A DNA stretch of 64,000 bases from an uncultured delta proteobacterium (GTDB lineage Bacteria; Myxococcota; Myxococcia; Myxococcales; Myxococcaceae): the NCBI GenBank assembly GCA_963745475.1, contig CAVUXN010000004.1, forward strand, positions 64,001-128,000. The letters are read 5' to 3'. This document shows, piece by piece, positions 19,728 to 29,193 of this stretch (within the stretch, counting starts at the first letter, position 1; every line of letters starts with the position of its first letter). The translations under genes and the position numbers were made by a program. The notes beneath the pieces were generated by a model, which saw nothing but the letters and a program-made list of their open reading frames with translations, was not told the origin of the DNA and did not search any database.

Positions 19728-20468
19728 CTAGCGCTTCCTGGCCCAGGACAGCCGCAGGACCCGCTCCCAGCGGGCACCGCCGTGCTGCTCGGCAAGCGTG
19801 CGAGCATCGGCCAGCAGCACCTCCATTCGCGCGGCGCCCAACGCCGGCCCGAGGTAGGAGAGCGAGCGAAGCACCGCCTGGAAGGCCTCCGGTGAAAGCT
19901 CCACGGAATGGACGAGCTCGACCACCTTCAAGCTCGTCCCGCCGCTGGCGAGTGCGACCCATTGCCGAACCCGTCCGGCCGCTTGCGGACGACGCTGCGG
20001 GTTGGCCTTCCGCAACAGGGACTCCAGAGCGCGCATGAAGGGAGTGTCGGCCGGGCGCGGCTCCACCGCAGCGGCCGTGCCGCCCAGTGCCAGGAGGCGC
20101 TGGGCCTCCTTTCCCGCGGCCTCTGGGTCCACCCACTGCGCTGCGTCCGCCAGTAACACCAAGTCTGCGCAGTCTGACGGAAGGCCAGTGGACTCCGCAG
20201 GTGCATTCACCAGGGCCACCTGCAGGCCTCTTGTGCGCTCGGCACACACCGCGAGCATGGCGCTCGCCGGTTCCACGGCAACCACCTGCGCGCCCGCGCG
20301 GGCGAGAGGCTCCGAGAGGAGGCCCGTCCCGGCGCCCAAGTCGACGACGCGGGAAGAAGGCGGAACGAGGGCGAGAAGACGCGCCACCAATTCATCCGGG
20401 TAGCCGGGACGCGCGCGGTAGGCGTCGGCCAGGCGCTCAAAAACACGGGGAGGAGGGCGTCGCGTCAC
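19728..20468 (-). CDS. Class I SAM-dependent methyltransferase
   Basis: AY.ARPGYP, VVDLGAGTG, AVEPASAM; GTG start uncertain. Confidence 0.85.
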   Translation of the reverse strand: MTRRPPPRVFERLADAYRARPGYPDELVARLLALVPPSSRVVDLGAGTGLLSEPLARAGAQVVAVEPASAMLAVCAERTRGLQVALVNAPAESTGLPSDCADLVLLADAAQWVDPEAAGKEAQRLLALGGTAAAVEPRPADTPFMRALESLLRKANPQRRPQAAGRVRQWVALASGGTSLKVVELVHSVELSPEAFQAVLRSLSYLGPALGAARMEVLLADARTLAEQHGGARWERVLRLSWARKR

Positions 20469-20546
20469 CTGTGGGCACTGGGGGACATAGACGAGGCGCA
20501 CGGCTGAGAGCTAGATGCCCTGAGAGGTGAAAGGCCCAGGCCTCCC

Positions 20547-21314
20547 ATGAATTTGCTGCTCCTCGACGCCTCGGACGTCCGCGAGGACGGGACGGCGGAG
20601 CTCCAAGGAAGGGCCGCTCGCCATGTCCACGAGGTCCTGCGAGCCAAGGCGGGTGATGTTTTGCGCGTGGGGAAGCTGGGCGGCGCCATGGGCTCGGCCG
20701 AAGTGCTGCGCTGCGAGCCGGCGGCGGTCCTTTTGCGCGTAACGCTCGAGTCTCCACCGCCACCGCGGCCCGGTGTGGACGTCCTCCTCGCCGTCCCGAG
20801 GCCCAAAGTGTTGCGGCGCCTCCTCGCCTCTGCCGCCGCGCTGGGCGTGGATAGACTCGTCCTCCTCAATGCAGCCCGAGTGGAGAAAAGCTACTTCTCT
20901 TCGCCGGTGCTGACTCCAGTCCGGACTGCCCGCGCCCTCACCGACGGCCTGGAGCAGGCCCAGGACACCCAAGCGCCCGTCGTCCAAATCGCCGAGCGCT
21001 TCCGTCCCTTCGTGGAGGACGCCCTGGACGGCTTTCTGGGCCCCTCCACGCGTCTTCTCCTCGACCCGTCGGAAGAGGCCTTCACGCCCGAAGTGCCCCC
21101 CAAAGGCCGTGTGGCGCTGGCCATCGGCCCCGAAGGGGGCTGGGTCCCCTTCGAGCGGGAGCTTCTCAAAGTACAAGGGTTTGTCCCGGTGTCCTTCGGG
21201 CCCCGGACGCTGAGGGTGGAAGCGGTGCTTCCCTACGCCCTCGGCTGGCTGCATGGGATTCGCCCCCGAGGCATCAGACATGGGAAAGTTTCTCCCTCGG
21301 GGGCTGTTCCCTGA
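20547..21314 (+). CDS. rsmE: 16S rRNA m3U1498 methyltransferase
   Basis: H..VLR, IGPEGGW, FGPRTLRVE (SPOUT motifs). Confidence 0.88.
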   Translation: MNLLLLDASDVREDGTAELQGRAARHVHEVLRAKAGDVLRVGKLGGAMGSAEVLRCEPAAVLLRVTLESPPPPRPGVDVLLAVPRPKVLRRLLASAAALGVDRLVLLNAARVEKSYFSSPVLTPVRTARALTDGLEQAQDTQAPVVQIAERFRPFVEDALDGFLGPSTRLLLDPSEEAFTPEVPPKGRVALAIGPEGGWVPFERELLKVQGFVPVSFGPRTLRVEAVLPYALGWLHGIRPRGIRHGKVSPSGAVP

Positions 21315-21326
21315 AAGGTCTCCACC

Positions 21327-22819
21327 ATGGCCCACCCACCTCCTCCACCCGCCGAACCGATGAAGGTGCCCAGCCCGGCGCCCGAGGCCCCGAAGCCCAG
21401 CACCAGCTACGACAGCGCGCCGCCCCAGGCGCTCTTGGACTTCATGGTGCAACGCTGGCGTCCCGCGTCAGGCAAGGCGCCGCGGCCGCTGCCGCACCAT
21501 GCGGCTTTTGCCGCGCGACGGCGTGCGCTCTCCCGGCTCTTCCCAGGGGAGACGCTGGTCGTCCCCACCGGCCAGGAGAAGGTGCGCAGCAATGACACCG
21601 TCTACCGCTTCCGGCCGGGCAGCGACTTCTATTACCTCACCGGCAACGTCGAGCCGGACTGCGTGCTCGTCATGCAACCCGCAGACGGCGGCGGGCACCG
21701 GGACGTCCTCTTCGTCGAGCCCAACCCCGGCCGGAGCGACTCCACGTTCTTCACCGACCGGATGAAGGGTGAGCTCTGGGTGGGACCACGCCTGGGCGTC
21801 GCGCAGAGCCTCGCGCGCTACCGCGTGGACGAGTGCGCCGCTGGGCGAGCTCAAGGCCTCCCTTTCGTCTCTGCATGGCGCGGCGACGCGGCCCTGGCGC
21901 GTCATCCGCGCCATCAGCCGGACGGTGGACGCCGCCCTGCCGGACCAGGGGGCGCGCGACAAGGAGCTCGCCACGGCGCTCGCCGAGATGCGCCTCTTCA
22001 AGGACGCACAGGAGATCCGCGAGCTCTCCGCGGCCATCGCCTCCACCCACCGCGGCTTCGAGGACGTCATCCAGTCTCTGCGCGGCGCGCAGAGCGAGCG
22101 CGAGGTGGAGGGCGTCTTCAACCTGCGCGCTCGCGTCGAGGGCAACGACGTCGGCTACGGCACCATCGCCGCCTCCGGCGCCCACGCCTGCATCCTCCAC
22201 TGGACGCGGAACGACGGCCCGCTGCAGAGGGGCGAGCTCCTGCTGTCTCGACGCCGGCGTCGAGGGCAACTCGCTCTACACCGCCGACATCACCCGCACG
22301 CTGCCCATCTCCGGGAGGTTTTCCCGCGAGCAGCGCCAGATCTACGAGCTCGTCCACGCCGCCCAGGCGGCGGCCTTCGCCGCGGTGCAAGCCCGGGCAA
22401 CGACTTCATGGAGCCCAACCGCGCGGCCATGCGTGTCCTCGCCCGAGGCCTCGAGGAGCTCGGCATCCTCGAGGAGCGCCGACGACGCGCTCGCCGACGA
22501 GCACCAGTTCTACAAGCGCTACTCGCTCCACAACGTGAGCCACATGCTGGGCCTCGACGTCCACGACTGCGCCCAGGCGCGGCAGGAGGTCTACAAGTTC
22601 GGCAAGCTCAAGCCGGGCATGGTGCTCACCGTCGAGCCCGGCCTCTACTTCCAGGTGGACGACCTCACCGTCCCGGAGCCGTACCGCGGCATCGGCGTGC
22701 GCATCGAGGACGACGTTCTGGTGACAGCCAAGGGCATGCGCAACCTCTCCCGCGCCATTCCCAGCGAGGCCGGCGCGGTCGAGGCCTGGATGTCCAAAGT
22801 GTGGAAATCGCGCCGGTGA
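21327..22819 (+). CDS. pepP: Xaa-Pro aminopeptidase, broken by 4-5 apparent frameshifts
   Basis: YRFRPGSDFYYLTG, LDAG, YTADITRT, HMLGLDVHD, TVEPGLY and GVRIEDD are spread across three frames; shifts near 21838, 22245, 22390 and 22473. Confidence 0.85.
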
Positions 22820-22841
22820 CATGTAGGCCGAGGCCTCAGGC

Positions 22842-22871
22842 TTGACAGCACGAGCGGGCGCTCGTTACGGT
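22842..22871 (+). promoter_or_regulatory. Sigma70-type promoter of the leader-metY operon
   Basis: TTGACA (22842-47), 18-nt spacer, TACGGT (22866-71); leader ATG 9 nt downstream. Confidence 0.65.
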
Positions 22872-22880
22872 CGTCAGCGA

Positions 22881-22988
22881 ATGAAGTTCTCGTCCACCCG
22901 GATGTCGATGTCCTGCGAGGCCATGCTCATGCGTGGCCCGGGCATGCGCGCGTCCGTGGGCGGGTGCTGTTGCGGCTGTCGTCAGTAA
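22881..22988 (+). CDS. Met/Cys-rich leader peptide (putative attenuator uORF)
   Basis: MKFSSTRMSMSCEAMLMRGPGMRASVGGCCCGCRQ*: 6 Met and 5 Cys in 35 aa, upstream of metY. Confidence 0.75.
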   Translation: MKFSSTRMSMSCEAMLMRGPGMRASVGGCCCGCRQ

Positions 22989-23082
22989 GCCGCTCTCCCA
23001 TCAGCGAACCGCCGCAGTCCCGGGCACCCTGATTCGAGGCGGCCCGCCTCGACGGTTCGCAACGCGGCTTTTTCAAAAAAGC
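22972..23082 (+). promoter_or_regulatory. Structured leader RNA / putative attenuator
   Basis: Nested pairings 22987-93/23064-70, 23004-11/23053-60 and 23034-40/23046-52, then a U-tract; competing arm GCGGCT at 22972-77. Confidence 0.6.
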
Positions 23083-23164
23083 GACTCGTCCTGCAGTGGG
23101 TCCCCTCGCACTTTCCCGTCGAGAGCTCTCCACCGCTGTCAGAAACCCACAAGGACGTGTCGCC

Positions 23165-24454
23165 ATGTCAGAAGAAAAAAAGCCGAACTACCGCCCCGAG
23201 ACGCTGGCCCTGCATGCCGGCTTCCAGTTCGACGCCACCACCGGCTCGCGGGCAGTCCCCATCTACCAGACCACCAGTTACCGCTTCCGCGATGCGGACC
23301 ATGCGGCCGCCCTCTTCGGCTTGAAGGAGTTCGGCAACATCTACAGCCGCATCATGAACCCCACCAACGACGTGCTCGAGCAGCGCATCGCTGCGCTCGA
23401 GGGCGGCGTCGCGGCTCTGGCAGTGGCCAGTGGGCAAGCGGCGGAGACGCTGACGCTGCTCACCCTGCTCAAGTCCGGAGACGAGATTGTCTCGGCAAGC
23501 AGCCTCTACGGCGGCACCTACAACCTCTTCAAGGTGACCCTCCCCAGGCTCGGCATTCGGACAAAGTTCGTCGAAATTGGGCAACACGACGCGGTGAAGG
23601 CCGCCATCGGCCCTAAGACACGCGCGCTGTACGCGGAGACCCTGGGTAACCCGCGGCTGGACGTGGCTGACTTGGAAGCGCTGGGCAGTATCGCCAAGGC
23701 CGCCGGCATCCCCTTCGTCGTCGACAACACCGCCACCACTCCGGCGCTGGTGCAGCCGCTGAAGCACGGGGCGAACATCGTCGTCCACTCGGCAACCAAG
23801 TACATCGGTGGCCATGGCCAGGCCATCGGCGGCCTCATCGTCGACGGCGGGAATTTCCCGTGGGACAACGGAAAATTCCCGGAATTCACAGACCCCAACC
23901 CCGGCTACCACGGGCTCAAGTTGTGGGAAGCGTTCCAAAACCTCTCTTTCATTCTGAAGGCTCGGGTGGAAACGCTGCGCGACCTCGGGCCTGCGTTGAG
24001 CCCCTTCAACGCCCACGCCTTCATCAACGGCCTCGAGACGTTGCACCTGAGGGTGAAACGCCACGGTGAGAATGCCCTCCACGTCGCGCGCTGGCTACAG
24101 AAGGACAGCCGCGTGGCCTGGGTTCGCTACCCCGGCCTGGAGACGGACCCGGCGCATGCTCTGGCCCGCAAGTACTTCGACGGTGGCTTCGGTGGCCTGG
24201 TGGCCTTCGGGGTGAAGGGCGGCTTCGAAGCGGGCAAGGCGCTCATCAACCGCGTGAAACTGTGGAGCCTCCTGGCCAACATTGGCGACGCGCGCTCACT
24301 CATCATCCACCCCGCCTCCACCACCCACCAGCAGCTCACGCCCGAGGAGCAACACTCCACCGGCGTCAGCGAGGACTTGGTTCGGCTCTCGGTGGGCCTC
24401 GAGCACCCGGACGACATCCTCCAGGACTTGGACCAGGCGCTGGGCACGCGCTGA
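23165..24454 (+). CDS. metY: O-acetylhomoserine sulfhydrylase
   Basis: RAVPIYQTTSY, NIYSRIMNPT, HSATKYIGGHG (PLP Lys), LANIGDARSLIIHPASTTHQQL. Confidence 0.95.
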   Translation: MSEEKKPNYRPETLALHAGFQFDATTGSRAVPIYQTTSYRFRDADHAAALFGLKEFGNIYSRIMNPTNDVLEQRIAALEGGVAALAVASGQAAETLTLLTLLKSGDEIVSASSLYGGTYNLFKVTLPRLGIRTKFVEIGQHDAVKAAIGPKTRALYAETLGNPRLDVADLEALGSIAKAAGIPFVVDNTATTPALVQPLKHGANIVVHSATKYIGGHGQAIGGLIVDGGNFPWDNGKFPEFTDPNPGYHGLKLWEAFQNLSFILKARVETLRDLGPALSPFNAHAFINGLETLHLRVKRHGENALHVARWLQKDSRVAWVRYPGLETDPAHALARKYFDGGFGGLVAFGVKGGFEAGKALINRVKLWSLLANIGDARSLIIHPASTTHQQLTPEEQHSTGVSEDLVRLSVGLEHPDDILQDLDQALGTR

Positions 24455-24483
24455 ACACGCGGCCTTTGAGAGAAGCGCCAGCC

Positions 24484-25680
24484 ATGCGCCAGCCATCCAA
24501 AGCAAGAGCCGCCAGCGCCAAGCCGCGGCTCTTCGACGTCCACCTGCCCGCCCTCGCCCTTCAACGCGGGGGGACGGTGGAGCCGCACGTGGCCCGCGGC
24601 TTCTGGTGGGGCCCGGAGGGGGACCTTCCGGGCTTGGAGGCACGCACCCATTTCCTGTCCGACGCCGCGCTGGGCGCCGCTGAGGCCCAGGAGCCCGTGC
24701 ACAGGCGCGCCGCGCCTCGCTTCAGCGCGACGCGAAGCGCGCCTCCCATGGAAGAGGGCGTACCCACGGTGCTGGTGGTGCACGCCCTCACCGGAGATGC
24801 ACGTGCCGGCGGGCCAGGTGGCTGGTGGGAGCCCCTCATTGGCCCGGGCCGGGCACTGGACCCGGCTGACGTCCGCGTCCTTTGCTTCAACAACCTCGGC
24901 TCCTGTTACGGGAGCTCTGGGCCGCTCGACGCGACGTTTCCCGAGGCGGCGGAACTCACTCCGTGGGATTTGGCCCGAGCGCTCCTCCTCGGGGTGGAGG
25001 CGCTGGGCATCGAGCGGCTGGCACTCGTCGGGGGTGGCTCGCTCGGCGGCATGGTGTCCTTGTGCGTCGGTTCGCTCGGAGGCGCCCGGGTGGAACGGCT
25101 TCTACCGCTGGTTACCGCCGCCACCTCTTCGGCGTGGGTGGTGGCCTGGAACCATGTGCAGCGCGCCATTCTCAAACTGGACGCGGGCTGGCCGCACGAC
25201 GTCGGCCGCGGACTGGAAGTCGCTCGCCAAGTGGCGATGCTGACCTACCGGGCCGAGCCGGGTCTTGAGGCCAAGCAGGGCCGGAACACTCCGGGCGAGC
25301 CGGGTGTCCCCTTCCCTTTCCGCGTCCAGGGCTGGCTCGAGCACCAAGGCCAAAAGCTGCGTCGCCGCTTCGATGGGCGGGCCTACCTCCTACAGGCCGG
25401 CGCCATGGACCACCACGACTTGGGCAGCCCCCGCCTGGGCTAGGCGCGGGTCCCATTGTGGCCAGCAGCCTCGTGGTGGACGTGGACACCGACCAGCTTT
25501 TCACCACGGCTCAGGTGGACGCGTTGGCAGAGAGGCTCTCCGCTGACGGGGCGGCGCACGTCGAGCGGGCGACGCTGCACAGCCTGCACGGCCACGACGC
25601 TTTTCTCTTGGAGTGGGACGCACTCACCCAACTCTTCAAGCGCGCCCTGGCCCTTCCGCCCTGGCGGACGAGGCTTCTAA
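24484..25680 (+). CDS. metX: Homoserine O-acetyltransferase, two apparent frameshifts (~25430, ~25660)
   Basis: VHALTGD, NNLGSCYGSSGP and GGSLGGM in one frame; catalytic DTDQLF and HGHDAFL in the next frame after a C5 run. Confidence 0.85.
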
Positions 25681-28152
25681 ATGCCCTGGCACGTCTACAA
25701 ATTTGGTGGCTCCTCCCTCGCTGGCCAGGGGCGGCTCCTGCGCGTGGTGCAGCTCGTCGCCTCAGCGCCCCGTCCGCTGGCGTTGGTGGTGAGCGCGCTG
25801 GGGGACACCACCGACTGGCTGCTCGCGGCAGCCGCCGCAGCGGCGGCTGGGGACGAGGCCCGCGCTGTTGCGGAGGTCGCTCGCATTCGCGCGCTGGCGG
25901 ATGAGACGGCCCGGCAGGCCCTGCCGGAGTTGCCCGGCCTGGGCGAGGCGGTGGAGGGCGTCCTTGGCCCGCTGGCGCAGTTGCTTCAAGGCATCCGACT
26001 CACCGGGGAGTGCACCCCCAGCGCCCGAGACGTCGTCCTCTCGGCCGGGGAGCGCATCGCCGCGGTGGTGGTGGCTGCCGCGCTCTCCGCCCGAGGGCAC
26101 CGGGCACTGGCCGTCGACGCCTCCACTTTCATCGTCACCGACGAGACAGCGGGCGCGGCCACGGTGGACGTGGAAGCCACGCGGGAACGTCTGGCCCCCC
26201 TCGCCCTCGGGTGGAATGGCGACATTCCCGTCGTCACCGGCTTCATCGGCCGTTCGCGGGAAGGCCGGGTGACGACACTGGGGCGCAATGGCTCGGACTA
26301 TACCGCCACCGTCCTCGGGCAGACGCTGGGAGCACGCGAGGTGACGGTGTGGACGGATGTCCCGGGCGTCATGACGGCAGACCCCCAACTCGTCACCGAG
26401 GCCTACTCGGTGCCGCAGCTGAGTTACCACGAGGCGCTGGAGCTCGCGCATTTCGGCACGCGCATGTTTCACCCGCGGACCTTCCTGCCGCTCCTCGAGT
26501 CCGGTGCGCGCCTACGCATTCGCAACACCGCGGACCCGGAGGGTGCGGGCACGTCCATCGACGGCTCGGGAAATGCGGACCCGCGACGGCCGACATGCGT
26601 TACGAGTCTCGAGCGCCTCGCCCTATTGGGAGTCGAGTCGCGACGCTCGGCATGGCCCGAGCCCATCGCCGCCCGGGTGCTGGAGGTGCTGGAAGTGGCA
26701 CGTGTCACCGTGTGGATGGCCACCCAGGCAGCCCACGGCCGCTCCGTGGCGCTGGTGGTCCCGGAAGCGGAGGCCCAGCGCGCCTACGTCGCCCTGGAGG
26801 AAACGCTGGCGCTCGAGCTCAAGCGGCAGGAGGTGGAGCTGCGTGCGCCGTTGGCGCCCGTTTCCCTGTTGACGCTCGTGGCCGAAGCCATGGGGCACCG
26901 TCCCAACGTGGCCGGGCGCTTCTTCGCAGCGCTGGGCAATGTGGGCGTCAACGTACGCGCCATCGCCCAGGGCGCGAGCAGCCGCAGCATTTCTTGCGTG
27001 GTGGACGGAGCAGACACCACCCTCGCCGTGCGCACCGTCCACGCGGCCTTCAACCTCGCGGGCACGGAGACGTCCGTCCTGCTTCTTGGCCGAGGCACGG
27101 TGGGGGGACGACTCTTGGGCCAACTCGAGACCAACGGCCCGCTCTTGCGTGAGCGCCACCACATCGACGTTCGGCTGGTGGGAATGGTGGACCGCCATGT
27201 GAGGCTCTGGGAGCCGAAAGGGCTTCACCCCGGAGGGCTGCCCCCGAGGGCCACCGGTCCGGTGCCGGACGCAGGTCCGGACGTCCTGCCCTTCTTGGAC
27301 GCCTTGTCCCGCCTCCCCGTTCCCATTCTGGTGGACTGCACCGCTGCCGAGGGCATGGAGTCCTTGTACCGCGAGGCTTTCCGCCGCGGCATTCACGTGG
27401 TGGCGGCCAACAAGAAGCCGCTCGCATTGCCCTTCGCCGAGCGCGAAGCGCTCCTCAAGGAGGCACGTGCCCACCACCGGGCCTACCTCTACGAGACAAC
27501 GGTCGGCGCCAGTCTCCCGGTCATCGAGACGCTCAAAAACCTCGTCCGCACCGGAGACCGGGTCGAGCGGATTGATGGAAGCCTTTCGGGCACCTTGGGC
27601 TTCCTCAGCCACGCCGTCATGTCCGGCGAGGCACTGTCGCGCGCCGTCCGTACCGCGCGGGACCGCGGCTACACCGAGCCCCACCCGAGGGATGACTTGT
27701 CCGGACTGGATGTCGCGCGTAAGGCGCTCATCCTCGCGCGGGAGCTCGGCCTGCGCGTGGAGCTGGAAGACGTCGCGGTGGAACCCTTCGTCCCCCGGGA
27801 AGCCCTCGCCGAGGATGACCCCGAGACCTTTCTGCATTCGCTCAATGCGTTGGACGCCTCCTTTGCGGAGAGCATCCAGCGCTACCGCGCCGCAGGGAAG
27901 GTGCTGCGCTACCTCGTGCAAATTGTCCCCGACGCCGAGGACGGGCGCCAAGTGCGGGTGGGGCCGGTGGCGGTGGATGCCGACCATCCCGCCACTGGCC
28001 TCAAAGGCGCGGAAGCCCTCGTGGCCTTCACCACCGAGCGCTACCGGGACTACCCCCTCATCGTCCGCGGCGCAGGGGCGGGCGGGGACGTCACCGCCGC
28101 TGGCGTCCTGGCTGACGTCCTGCGGCTCGCGCAGGACATCCGAGGCCGCTGA
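25681..28152 (+). CDS. thrA: Bifunctional aspartate kinase/homoserine dehydrogenase
   Basis: KFGGSS, TLGRNGSDYTA, ACT domains, GRGTVG, ANKK, YETTVGASLP, GAGAGGDVTAAGV. Confidence 0.93.
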   Translation: MPWHVYKFGGSSLAGQGRLLRVVQLVASAPRPLALVVSALGDTTDWLLAAAAAAAAGDEARAVAEVARIRALADETARQALPELPGLGEAVEGVLGPLAQLLQGIRLTGECTPSARDVVLSAGERIAAVVVAAALSARGHRALAVDASTFIVTDETAGAATVDVEATRERLAPLALGWNGDIPVVTGFIGRSREGRVTTLGRNGSDYTATVLGQTLGAREVTVWTDVPGVMTADPQLVTEAYSVPQLSYHEALELAHFGTRMFHPRTFLPLLESGARLRIRNTADPEGAGTSIDGSGNADPRRPTCVTSLERLALLGVESRRSAWPEPIAARVLEVLEVARVTVWMATQAAHGRSVALVVPEAEAQRAYVALEETLALELKRQEVELRAPLAPVSLLTLVAEAMGHRPNVAGRFFAALGNVGVNVRAIAQGASSRSISCVVDGADTTLAVRTVHAAFNLAGTETSVLLLGRGTVGGRLLGQLETNGPLLRERHHIDVRLVGMVDRHVRLWEPKGLHPGGLPPRATGPVPDAGPDVLPFLDALSRLPVPILVDCTAAEGMESLYREAFRRGIHVVAANKKPLALPFAEREALLKEARAHHRAYLYETTVGASLPVIETLKNLVRTGDRVERIDGSLSGTLGFLSHAVMSGEALSRAVRTARDRGYTEPHPRDDLSGLDVARKALILARELGLRVELEDVAVEPFVPREALAEDDPETFLHSLNALDASFAESIQRYRAAGKVLRYLVQIVPDAEDGRQVRVGPVAVDADHPATGLKGAEALVAFTTERYRDYPLIVRGAGAGGDVTAAGVLADVLRLAQDIRGR

Positions 28153-28188
28153 ATGGACGTCTCACACACCTTGGGCCAGGAGGCCGTC

Positions 28189-29193
28189 ATGACTCGCCGT
28201 CTTCCGCTTTGCTTCGGGCTTCTCATGGGGCTCGTCGTTGCTGACGCTACACGCGCTGCGGAGCCTTTTCCCGAGGCCAGGCCGGCGGAAGTCCGTCTTG
28301 ACTGGGCCACCTACAACCCCAGCAGCCTCGTGCTGAAGAAATTCGGCTGGCTCGAGGAGGAGCTGGGCAAGGACGGAATTCGCGTCACCTGGCTTTACAG
28401 CGCTGGAAGCAACAAGGCCAACGAGGCACTGTCCAGCGGAAGCGCGGACCTCGCCTCCACCGCCGGAGCCGCTGCGCTCTTGGCACGCACCAACGGGGTG
28501 CCGCTGTATAGCGTGTACGTTTACTCGAAGCCGGAGTGGACGGCTCTGGTGGTGCCCAAAGGCTCGCCGCTGACCAGGGTGTCGCAGTTGAAGGGAAAGA
28601 AAATCGCCGCGACGCGCGGGACGGACCCCTTCTTCTTCCTCCTGCGGAGCCTCAAGGCAGCGGGCCTGAGCCAGTCCGAGGTGGAGATTGTCAACCTCCA
28701 GCACTCGGATGGACGGCTCGCGCTCGAGCGCGGCAACGTGGATGCGTGGGCGGGGCTGGACCCGCACATGGCAGCCGCCGAGCTCCGCGGCGGTGCGCGG
28801 CTCCTCTACCGCAACGTCGACTTCAACACCTACGGCACGCTGAATGCGCGGGAGGACTTCATCCGCAGGTACCCGGCCACCTTGAAGCGCATCTTGGCGC
28901 AGTACGAGCGCGCGAGGCTGTGGATATTGGCCCACCCCGACGAGGCTGTGGCCCTCCTCGCCGAGGCCGGGAAAATTGAAGTCGACGTCGCACGTCGACA
29001 ACTTTTGGAGCGCACTGGGCTCACCACCGACGTGGGCGCTCCGGGCGAGGCGTTGCGACAGGCGCTCGAAGCGGTGGTCCCCCTCCTCATCTCCGAAAAG
29101 CTGGTGGCGTCCGACGCGCACCCGGACTTGGCGCTGAAGCAGCTCCTCGAAACGCCCCACAACCCCGTCGGCGTCTTCCAAGCCTCCCACTGA
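28189..29193 (+). CDS. ssuA: Aliphatic sulfonate ABC transporter substrate-binding protein
   Basis: LDWATYNP.SLVLK, SAGSNKA, PEWTAL, ATRGTDP, DAWAGLDP; AGGAGG RBS. Confidence 0.85.
   Translation: MTRRLPLCFGLLMGLVVADATRAAEPFPEARPAEVRLDWATYNPSSLVLKKFGWLEEELGKDGIRVTWLYSAGSNKANEALSSGSADLASTAGAAALLARTNGVPLYSVYVYSKPEWTALVVPKGSPLTRVSQLKGKKIAATRGTDPFFFLLRSLKAAGLSQSEVEIVNLQHSDGRLALERGNVDAWAGLDPHMAAAELRGGARLLYRNVDFNTYGTLNAREDFIRRYPATLKRILAQYERARLWILAHPDEAVALLAEAGKIEVDVARRQLLERTGLTTDVGAPGEALRQALEAVVPLLISEKLVASDAHPDLALKQLLETPHNPVGVFQASH

Noticed and set aside
22820..23165. SAM riboswitch or T-box upstream of metY
   Set aside because: No SAM-I core (AUC-AGAG/GCAACC/GUGC) or T-box motif was recognisable by eye; the Met/Cys uORF explains the region better. 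An Rfam scan would settle it.
22933..23616. 227-aa ORF and 23-aa N-terminal extension of metY from the ORF track
   Set aside because: The ORF overlaps metY out of frame with no recognisable motifs; ATG 23165 has an AAGGA RBS and matches the family start.
25441..25443. In-frame TAG in metX as stop readthrough or pyrrolysine
   Set aside because: The catalytic Asp/His lie in a different frame, so an indel in the preceding C-run explains it, not readthrough.
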